20,000 nucleotides of DNA. Source: Psammoneis japonica (taxonomy: Eukaryota). The stretch's first letter is position 1, and each line of letters starts with the position of its first letter. Shown piece after piece: positions 10,885 through 20,000 of this stretch. Below the pieces are notes generated by a model. That model was not told where the DNA came from. It did not search any database and saw only the letters and a program-made list of their open reading frames with translations. The translations under genes were made by a program, and so were the position numbers. The stretch covers positions 77,701 through 97,700 of the forward strand of contig QPGO01000244.1 of the NCBI GenBank assembly GCA_008632985.1, in the 5' to 3' direction.

Positions 10885-11480
10885 GTAGGCTAAATGATGC
10901 AGTGCGGGGTTGCGGGGGCTCCTCAGTTTATTTTGCTTGGAGCACATGGGTTATGAGCTCCTACCACTAAACGTATGTGCCACGTGCCACATGTAGGATG
11001 TACTGTAGGACGACGTACGTACCATGTACTGCAGTTCTACATACAGCACTCAACTGCGTAAAACTGGGCCCCCGCTTATTTTCAATTTGTCGGGGGGATG
11101 CGCGGAAACATAAGCAGGGTTATATCGAAAAATTCTCCCCCCCTGCTGTATCGTCAAGCCTAGGGCCCTACCGGTAGAGAGCACCGAGACGACAAAACAA
11201 GATGTGAATCCATGAACGTCGTTCATTTGTCAATCACAAACATTTATCTTGTAGCCGTACCAAAATGGCGTGATTCTTCACGCATGGACCCCCGTCTCAT
11301 GGTGTTGTTGCGAATGAAAGGTAAAACGTTCTCGTATTCAACGTAGAATTCTACTGTAGTCGGAAGGCGCTCCCTAACCGACGTGCAAGCTAGAGTTGTC
11401 ATTTGTGTCAAATGTTGATTTTAGCTCTTTTAAAAATCATTATAGCCAATGTTTTCAAAAATGGCACGTGCATCTTATTC

Positions 11481-12350
11481 CTATTCATCAGCCACAGAAC
11501 GAGGAGATACCTTCCACGACCCTGCTCGTTCGACCAATCTTCTTGAGGATTTCGAGCTTGAAGCTGTGTGTGCCGCATGGCAATTGGATCCAGGTTGCCC
11601 GGGTCTAGCAGTCTGTAACCGCTTTTGGACAAACAGGAATTCTGGAGAAGCTAATTGAATGCCGGAAGCATCCGATGCCACGCCCAGAAAGTATCCTTTG
11701 ACAGAATTGGACAGTTTATCGCTTGACTCAAGCGCATTCGATACGCACGCCAAAGCAACAATGGAGGAACTGATGGCAACGAGATGTTTGTCACTCAATG
11801 CCAATTCTATCTGATCCTCTGAGCACTTGAAGATGCTCTCACGCACTTGCTCTGTCATGGAGGATGACACCATCATGGTCAAATAGTTTCGGACAAATGC
11901 TGCTGGTGTTGGTGGATTCAATCGAAAACCCAGAGCTGAAATGATGACAACTTCCATATCAGTAATTTGCTTCTCGGTGTATGCACCTCTTGAGAGTCCA
12001 GCGACAGTCTTTGGGTCAATGGCCATGGGCTCGTGCATTTTGATGGCAGTGTAGAAACACGTCATGGCAGCAAGCTGATAAGTCACTCGCTGTTTGCACA
12101 TTTCTTGACCAGAAGGCGTAAGAAGAAAACGATCGAGATAAGATGTCGCTATTGACACGGTTTCTCGGTTGAACTTGCAAAAATCAGCGATTTGGTAAAA
12201 CCACTTGATAAGTTTCGCCCTGGAGCTAGCGTCGACTTGAGCAAATCGTGATGGCGGGTTCTCTGGAAGATCACAATGGCATCGATATGCCGTTTGCTCT
12301 TGAGTCCGCATGGCTCGGACTGTAAAGACAATGTCGTCGATATCCATCAT
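11481..12350 (-). CDS. Cyclin, diatom-specific type (Cyclin_N + Cyclin_C), ~289 aa
   Basis: Cyclin box RAKLIKWFYQIADFCKFNRETVSIATSYLDRF...YQLAAMTCFYTAIKMHE...MEVVIISALGFRLNPPT, with C-terminal SPRSV. Start placed at MMDIDD (12350) because the upstream 61 codons look non-coding. Confidence 0.93.
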   Translation of the reverse strand: MMDIDDIVFTVRAMRTQEQTAYRCHCDLPENPPSRFAQVDASSRAKLIKWFYQIADFCKFNRETVSIATSYLDRFLLTPSGQEMCKQRVTYQLAAMTCFYTAIKMHEPMAIDPKTVAGLSRGAYTEKQITDMEVVIISALGFRLNPPTPAAFVRNYLTMMVSSSMTEQVRESIFKCSEDQIELALSDKHLVAISSSIVALACVSNALESSDKLSNSVKGYFLGVASDASGIQLASPEFLFVQKRLQTARPGQPGSNCHAAHTASSSKSSRRLVERAGSWKVSPRSVADE

Positions 12351-13031
12351 ATTGAAAAGAAAGTGAACGATTGTGATTGAAAGTGGCTGTGTCGTAATTT
12401 GGGCAAAGGAAGTTTTTATGAGGTTGTGTCGTCGTTTGGTGCAAGCATTTCTCGAAGTCGCGGTTCTGTGGCGCAAGCAGTTTTCTACCCGCGACTCAAT
12501 ATCAAAATCGCGACTCGACTCGATCCGCGCCATCTAGTACATGATCCATGTAGAATGTACAGTACGTACGACCCCTACATGCTGTAGGTTGACATCTTCG
12601 CTCAGAGTACATACAGTGCTGAGACTGTGAACACTTGGGCATGTCTACCGGTAGAAGGTACCGCAGTACCGTATTATGTACGAAGTACCTTACTTCTTGT
12701 ACTAAAGCCTAACCAACCTTACTGCGTACGGTACATAGGGCCCTACAGCTTTCGGTGTCGTTTGCTCTTGTTTTTGGTCGCGGCGTGACATGCCTTCCCG
12801 CGCGACTGCGTGCGCCCTGCATGCATTCTCGCCGCAAGGCGAAGAAGGATGCCACACATTTTTTCTGAAAATCCAAATTCCAAATTCTGTTGAAGCTTGG
12901 CCAACGTACGGATGACGTCGGGGGTCTGAGGTCGGTGCGGTGTCAACTCTAGGGCCCTACGGTACTGTAGCGCAGCGCACACAAAAAGTCAGTGACACTA
13001 ACTGACAACTGACAACTGTGACGATTTGACG
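12351..13031. promoter_or_regulatory. Divergent intergenic/promoter region between cyclin and ACS
   Basis: The two genes are head-to-head. The region contains 12 GTAC in 12537-12734 and TAGGGCCCTAC at 12736 and 12950. Confidence 0.6.
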
Positions 13032-15144
13032 ATGAAGTTTTCGTCGAGTGCGCTGCTGTTGCTCTTGTGCAAGTCAGCAGTGATCCAGTCCTTTGCTCCG
13101 CCTCAGCCAACGTTTGGTCGTGGTAGACTTGTTCTTCATGCCGCCACAAACGGTGAAACTGCGGTCAAGCAAGAAGCATCAAAAACAGAGGAAGAAGAGC
13201 CTCACTTTGCCGAGAAGCAGTACGATGCTGTAACCAATTCGGCCTTTGAAAAATACAAGAAAGAATATGAGGAATCGATCAAGGATCCCTCTAAGTTTTG
13301 GTCTCAGCAAGCTGAAGATATGTTGGACTGGCAACAGCCTTTTCACGCAGCTTTGCAGGGATCACTTGAAGACGGATCTGTCACGTGGTTTGCTGGAGGA
13401 AAGCTCAATGTCTGTTACAATGCCATTGATCGTCACGTGGAAACTGGAAATGACGTTGCTCTGGTTTGGGAAGGGGATGAGCCAAGCGACACCAAGTCGT
13501 ACACTTATAAGGAACTCTTGGCAAAGACGTCTCAAATTGCCAACGCACTAAAATCGCAAGGTGTCAGGCGAGGAGATGTGGTCACGATTTACATGCCAAT
13601 GATACCTGAGTTAGCCATGACGATGCTAGCATGTGCAAGAATCGGTGCTGTTCACTCTGTTGTGTTTGCAGGATTCTCGTCCGAAGCCTTGGCGCAGCGC
13701 ATTGCCGCGGCACAGTCAAAATTCGTGGTGACAGCGGATGTCGGAAAACGTGGGGGTAAGACTATCGCGCTGAAAGATATTGTGAATGACAGTTTAGATC
13801 TCCAAGACTGCGACGCTGTTGTGGAAAAGGTGTTTGTCTTCGAACGCTTTCATGATCCAGAATCGACAGAGGCGACTTTTGAAATGAAAGACAAGGATGT
13901 CCGAATGGATCCACTCGTCAGAAGACAACGGCCGTACTGCGTTCCAGAAACAATGGACGCCGAAGACGACTTGTTTATTCTTTACACTTCCGGCAGTACG
14001 GGCATGCCAAAGGGCTTGGTCCACACGACCGGTGGGTATGCTCTCTATGCTGCATTTACCACAAAGAATACCTTTAACTTGGCGAAAGATGATCTGTTTG
14101 CATGTGTGGCCGATTGTGGTTGGATTACAGGACACACCTACGTTGTCTATGGTGCGCTTTTGAACGGCGGCACTACCTTTATGTTTGAGTCAACACCTGT
14201 CTATCCGATCCTGGCAGGTATTGGGACATGGTGGAGCGACACGGGATCACATTATCTACACCGCACCTACAGCGATTCGTCTTTTGATGCGGTATGAGAT
14301 GAATATCCGAAAAAATATGATTTATCGAGTCTCAAGGTTTTAGGAAGTGTCGGAGAGCCTATCAACCCAGAAGCATGGCGCTGGTACTTTGAGACAATTG
14401 GTCGCTCTCAATGTAGCGTGGTTGATACCTATTGGCAAACGGAGACTGGCGGCCATATAATTACAAACTTTCCCGGAGTAACGCCCATGAAACCGGGAAG
14501 TTGTACATTGCCGTCATATGGAATCGATGCGGTAGTGTTGGACCCTCTTGATGGACACGTGTTGGAGGGCAGTCCGCAGGAGGGTGTCTTGGCAATTCGT
14601 CAGCCATGGCCGGGTATGGCCCGAACGTGTCTAGGCGATCACGAGCGGTACATGCAGGTGTACACAAAGCCTTATCCAGGCTTCTACTTTACAGGCGACT
14701 CCGTGATTCGAGATCAAGATGGATACCATTTTATTACCGGGCGTGTCGATGATGTATGAACGTGAGCGGTCATCGGATTGGCACCGCCGAAGTAGAAAGC
14801 GCCTCGTCGGTCACTCAGGAGTGGCGCAAGCAGCTGTCGTTGGACAGCCCCATCCTATCAAGGGGCAATCGATTGTTGCCTTTGTCATGTTGGATGTTAA
14901 ACATGAGGAGAGTGACTCTCTTGTGAAGGAACTGCGCAATCAAGTACGGACCGACATTGGGCCGTTCGCATCTCCTGACGTCATTTGTGTTGCTCCTTCA
15001 CTCCCAATGACCCGTAGTGGAAAAATTATGAGACGTATCCTTCGCAAAATTGTTGCCGGGGAAACGGATACATTAGGTGATACGAGTACTCTTGCGGATC
15101 CATCAATTGTCGACGTTCTCATTGACAAAGTTGAAAGCTGGTAG
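13032..15144 (+). CDS. ACS: Acetyl-CoA synthetase (AMP-forming), predicted plastid-targeted; five 1-bp frameshifts in this sequence
   Basis: Motifs [92 protein letters not shown] and [11 protein letters not shown]. The N-terminus is a signal peptide followed by S-FAP. Frame breaks at about 14206, 14255, 14296, 14755 and 14803. Confidence 0.93.
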
Positions 15145-15650
15145 TTTGTGTACGTACTTAGATTGTTCCTCGTGTTTTGGTAGCCGAGCGGTGGCGGGTT
15201 TGAAAGGTGAAGAACGTGTGAAATAATGTCTGTCCTTTCCATGTCACATTCAGCATGTGGCGCGGCCGGGAGGGGTCGTAGCTGCTGTAGCCGACTTCTT
15301 TAAACAGCACTGTGTTCCTGGAATTCTTGGAGTCTTCGTGTGCTTTCGTGCTGATTTCCCCCCAGAAGAATCCCAATCAGACGCCATAAAACTGATAATG
15401 GCTGCAGATTATTGTGAGAGGCGCAACGCCTAAATCCACATGTTGTGAATCATTATTTTACGCTCGTTCATTCATCATAATTTGCAGAAGTAAAATAAAC
15501 TCTATGGATAGTTCACATCAGTAGATTGTACCCTCATTCTTCGTTTGCGCCTTGAAGGCAACAACCGTCAATACCCGTAAATCCTATTTGCATGCCCAAT
15601 CAGTTCGTGATGCACAGTGTGTGAATCTACTCCGCCATGCACCAAATATA

Positions 15651-16153
15651 CTATCCATTCATGGCTTCAGCTTTCTGGTGCTTGACACCCTCCTGCTCGC
15701 ACGGATCTCCAGCATTTTACCTTGCATGGCTGCTGCGATGCTAGTCACATTCTGCTTGGTCATTTGAATCGCCTTTGTGACGTTTTCGCTGTTGGCATTC
15801 ACCAGCTTGAGCTTTCGATCCAGAAACGCTAGGGTTTCCTTGTTGTTTTTCTCGCAATAGTATCCGGTACCCAGTTCCACAAAGAGCTTGTCGGCGTCGC
15901 GGATATTTGCCGGAACATAGAGACTCTCCGTTAATGGAATCATGACTTGCTTGTTTTCGGATGCAGGTGACAGTTCCGATACGGCGAGCTTGGACGCGGT
16001 TAGTCGCGCTGCGGCAGCACGGAGATGCGCATAGCGATTCGTGAAGGACTCCAATTGCTCTTCCTCTTGTTGTTTCATCTGATTCAATTGATCCAGACTC
16101 ATCGAATCCAGATCAATCACTCTGGACTTGTCCTCGTTAGATTCACTACTCAT
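15651..16153 (-). CDS. PFDN5: Prefoldin subunit 5 (alpha-type)
   Basis: LDSMSLDQL...VMIPLTESLYVPA...KLFVELGTGYYCEK...FLDRK. The raw ORF stops at 15659. A probable 1-bp deletion near 15699 would give EIRAxQEGVKHQKAEAMNG* ending at 15651. Confidence 0.92.
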
Positions 16154-16944
16154 GATATAGAAGTTGCGTTGGTTAGCGGCGCCTTTAGCCTTTGCTAGTT
16201 AGTATAAAAATGGGTCGAGTGTGGTGTAGTGTGGTGTTTGCGGTTGTGTGGCTTTTGAGCTTGGCGGTGAAATGCAAGAAGGGTGAAGCGGTCAAAACTT
16301 GAAAAGATTTGACTGAATTCGTTTTTCGCTTTTCTATTTTTTGGAGTCGTTTCCAGCCATATCTGTTGAAAATTACCGAAAATTCCAAAACATGTCACTG
16401 CACGAGTGTTTTCTTCGCCCTTTCGCTCAGAAGCAAGTCGAAAATAAGAAAATACTTTCGATTTAGTCACGCGTTTCTGGCGCATAAAAGCACTGCGGCT
16501 CAGCCCGATGTCGGAGGTCGGCGGTCGCTCTTGTTTGTTGCATCGTTGCTGTTGTTGATCTTCGTCGTCGAAACGGGCCCTCAGAGACAGGATGGGTGGA
16601 GGCATCCAGGCTTGGCCTCTGCGCAGAGCAATGGCGCAATTCCTGCACATCTTTGTCCGTTTCAAGGGTTTCAAAAGGCAAGACGGCGGAGGCCACACAC
16701 ACTTTTCGTTGTTGGGTGCACGTCCAGTCTACATCCATGGGTCATTCGACAGTGATGCGGTTGACCAAATTGTGTGTTGCGCAGAACGACAAAAGAGCAT
16801 GGGAAGGGGTTCCAGCTTGTTGAAATGGTTTTAGTGGCTCTCCACGCTTTGTGAAAAAGGTCTCATCCAGTTCAGTGGCGTGCTTTGCTCTCTGCTGCGG
16901 TGCACTTTTTTTCGCAAAGTGCCGTCTCCATCGCGACAAATAAT

Positions 16945-17290
16945 GTAGCTCGCTCTACTAGTAGGCTCGGCTACTCTAGAGAGCTAGAGTGGCTATGGCT
17001 CTACAGCAGCTACTCTAGAGTCTACCGTTGGCTACCGTAGCTGCTTAGAGAGCTGGCCACAAGAGCTGGCTCTGCTCTAGAGCCAAGCCACTGGAGCTAG
17101 CTCTGCTCTAGAGCTAAGCTGCTAGAGCCAGCTCTGCTCTGGAGCTAAGCTGCTAGAGCTGGCTCTGCTCTAGAGCTAAGCCACTAGAGCTAGCTCTACT
17201 CTCTAGCTAGAGAGCACCGGTAGAGTAGAGCATAGCTACTCTCTCTAGAGCTGAGAGTTAGAGAGAGGGCCCTAAGCTAGCTAGCTCGAG
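16945..17290. repeat. CTAG/AGAG-rich low-complexity tract containing a 31-bp tandem array (17062-17202, 4.5 units)
   Basis: Units at 17062, 17093, 17124, 17155 and 17186. Inferred consensus agagctagctctactctagagctaagctact, with internal palindromes agagctagctct and ctctagag. Confidence 0.9.
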
Positions 17291-17593
17291 GGCAAGCTCA
17301 ATAAAGCACAGATCATCATTCAAGATAAGTTTTTGTGTTGGCCTCGTACAAAGTTTACGTAGAGCAACGTCTCATGCAGTTCTCGTAGCGCTCCCATACA
17401 GTTTTACGTCGAGCCGTTATTTTTGAAAAAACAAAAAAGCTTCCGTTGCTCCAGGAGAGATCAACACAAATGGCTCCACACACAAAATCTTCATTCACAA
17501 CGTTGTCAACAGCAACGGGCAACATCTCAGAGCAACACACTGTTGGACAACAAACCCTTTCGCATCGTAACAATCGCTAGGCGCCAAAAGACG

Positions 17594-19477
17594 ATGGCAT
17601 CGGGAGGAACGCATCGCAAAGCGCGAAAAGCGGGTGGAGTGAACGTTGAGGCGGTACATCCTTTCGAACCGAAGCCGTCCAATCCTTCGTCTCTCCCAAG
17701 GAAAATGATGTCTTGTGTGGAAGAGGCGTGCATGCCAGCCAGCATGGCGGCAATGTCTACATTTGGCAGCTGGTGAAGCAACGACAAGAGGAATACACAT
17801 TGCACGCACCCAAAGCTCGCAAACAAGAGATTTCTCGTGAAATCGTACAGCAGATACACAGTCTCTCTCCTCCAGGAAGATTCATGAGAAAGAATGAGAG
17901 GCTAAATGTTTGGATGGAGGTGTCTGACGAGGAGGCGCGAAAGAAAGTCAGTCAATGCCTTCGTGAGAAGAAAGGGAGCGAGCCGCCCAATTTTTCGTAT
18001 CTCCCAAGGAAGAATGATGTCTTGAGTGGAAGAGGCTCGGGTCCCAACCAGCATGACGGCAATGTCTACCTTCGGCAGCTGGTGAAGCAGCGACAAGAGG
18101 AATACACATTCCACGCATCCAAAGCCCGCAAACAAGAGATTTCTCGTGAAATCGTACAGCAGATACACAGTCTCTCTCCTCCAGGAAGATTCATGAGAAA
18201 GAATGAGAGGCTGAATCTTTGGATGGAGGTGTCTCATGAGGAGGCGCGAAAGAAAGTCAGTCAATGCCTTCGTGAGAAGAAAGAGGGCAAAAGCAAATGT
18301 TCGCAGGATCTTTCTTTTAACGACTCGGCAGAATTACTCCAGTTTCAACCGAGCACACAAGCTGTTCGCTCGCTCATTGACCATCGTCCGTCGCAATCGC
18401 CCCTATGCTGGAGCTACAACGCAAGCTCGACCATCTCTTCGGCAAGAGAACCGACGCAGCAAGAAACACGCACAAGCTGAAGAGGTACCGACCCTGGCAA
18501 ATGAAGTAGAAGACCGTAAAACTCTTCCTGTCAAGAAAAGGAGGCCTACGCTACAAATGCCGGAAAATTGTGACATTATTGATGTTGACGCTGAGCCGGA
18601 AGCACCATGGCACGCTCACCTTTCACAATACCCTTGGTTGACAAAAACTGGCTCAGTCAATACCAACTAGAAGATGATAAAGAGGTTGGCGCCGACGAAC
18701 CGCATGCGCCATGGGACGCTCACCTTTCACAATACCCCATGGTTGACAAATATCGGGTTAGTCAATACCAATTAGGTGATGAAGAGGTTGACGCCGAGGA
18801 GCCGAAAGCACCATGGGACGCTCACCTTTCACAATACCCCATGGTTGACGAGAATTGGATCAGTAGATACAAACTGGGTGACAAAGAGGAGCTTGGTGCC
18901 AGGGAATGCTCCCGGTAAGTGCATCAATCATCCTTTGAATTTCAGCACATGTGGTTTTTCTTATTCGCTCATCATCCGCCCTCCTGGTGCAACGGTGAAC
19001 AGAACGATACTCGAAGAAGTCGAGCCCTTCATACCACGCCCGGAGTCTACCGCGTCAAAAACCCCGACCAGCATACTGAAACACTCGAGTAAACCTTGCC
19101 GTGAAGGCTTTAGCAAGACCGCTCCTAGCTCCTTCGAAAGCTTTGCATCTTCTGCAATGAATACTCCACCTAAATCCTTAGAGGAAGATCATCACGTAGG
19201 TCAGATCAAGACTGCGCCTTGGTCCGCCGAATCGTCGGTGCCCGATTCATCAGAAGATGCTACTCTAGCTGTAATGAGGAACACGAAGCACGATCGCGGT
19301 GAGAATCAGCTCAAGCCTGCTCCAAAACCTTTGGAAAGATTAGCATCTGATACATCATATACTTCGCTCGTCGTACTGACACACTCCAAGCAAGATCGTG
19401 CTGCTAATGAACGCAAGCTCGCTCCTAGTCCATTGGAAAGGTTGGCGTCCATTGCATCAATTACTCACGAGCCGTAG
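17594..19477 (+). CDS. Protein with two tandem DUF6824-type domains, three ~35-aa repeats and an S/P-rich tail; frameshifted in this sequence
   Basis: NDVL(C/S)GRG...HxGN...LV...Y...KQEISREIVQQI...PPGRF...W.EV..EEARKKVSQCLRE occurs twice. Frame breaks at about 17703, 18465 and 18633. Frame-restoring GT-AG intron at 18915-18992. The true 3' end may extend to ~19700 through another frameshift. Confidence 0.75.
17693..18281 (+). repeat. Intragenic near-identical tandem duplication, period ~309 bp
   Basis: 17693-17972 and 18001-18281 align with long identical stretches, each encoding one DUF6824-type domain. Confidence 0.92.
18583..18890 (+). repeat. Three ~102-105-bp coding repeats (EPxAPWDAHLSQYPMVDxxxxSQYQLGD)
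   Basis: ccatgg(g/c)acgctcacctttcacaataccc occurs three times (~18605, 18709, 18811). Confidence 0.9.
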
Positions 19478-20000
19478 GGAGAAAGTCGCAAAAGATAGTC
19501 TGGAGACACAACAGGAGTGCATCTACTTCTCCGGAAAAGTAGGGTCTACTGCATCCTATTTTGCAACATCCAAGTCCCGTGAAGAATTTCGTCATCAATC
19601 CGGCGAAAAACTAGTCCGGAGTCTTCAGAAACAGTGGCGTCCGCTACTGCTTCCGATTCTCGGGACGACGCAGCTACAAGCAGTCTCAATGTAATGACTC
19701 GTTGACAAAGATTCTAACATGGACGCCAATAGGTTAGCATATGGAAATGGGAATCTCAGGATGAGTCCAATCAGGAGCAATTGGGGTACCGGGATGGGAC
19801 GGACCGGGGCGCGCCGTACGTCTTTCAGTTTTATGAAGAAGACGAACAGGACGGCCGTGAGTAGCAAGTTTTTCAAGAATGTATGCAGCGACGGATCCTC
19901 TAGAGGCTACTTACATACTTACACATAATGGGGAACAAGGTCTTTGAATTAATGAAGGGGGAAGGTAGGAAGTAGAAAGACAAATGGGCAAAAAGGGTGT

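Noticed and set aside
12351..12533. 61-codon N-terminal extension of the cyclin ORF
   Set aside because: It looks like 5' UTR/promoter sequence. Family-like sequence starts at MMDIDD.
14200..14810. Programmed frameshifting or introns in ACS
   Set aside because: Conserved motifs are contiguous across the breaks with only one base missing, and there are no slippery sites or GT-AG spacers.
17062..17202. CRISPR array or structured ncRNA
   Set aside because: It is a head-to-tail tandem repeat without spacers, and no RNA family features were recognised.

Overview
Eukaryotic window, most likely from a diatom: it has a diatom-type cyclin, an ASAFAP-like plastid presequence, DUF6824 domains and a CoDi-like Ty1/copia relic. 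The right half is gene-rich: a cyclin (-), a plastid-targeted acetyl-CoA synthetase (+), prefoldin subunit 5 (-) and a tandem-DUF6824 protein (+). Several of these genes carry 1-bp deletions that look like assembly errors. The left half is mostly decayed repeats and pseudogenes. The main signal is sharply bounded domains (~1-2322, 5073-10804, partly 16490-16940) from which the dinucleotide TpA has been almost completely erased. Conserved Tyr codons of the copia relic read His or Cys, and a 31-bp tandem array shows TA, TG and CA (never CG) at the same positions. Together these point to a directional TpA->TpG/CpA process acting on repeats, the reverse of fungal RIP and distinct from CpG decay. 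Intergenic regions, in contrast, contain GTAC/TA-rich islands and a recurrent TAGGGCCCTAC palindrome. All counts are by eye and need computational confirmation.
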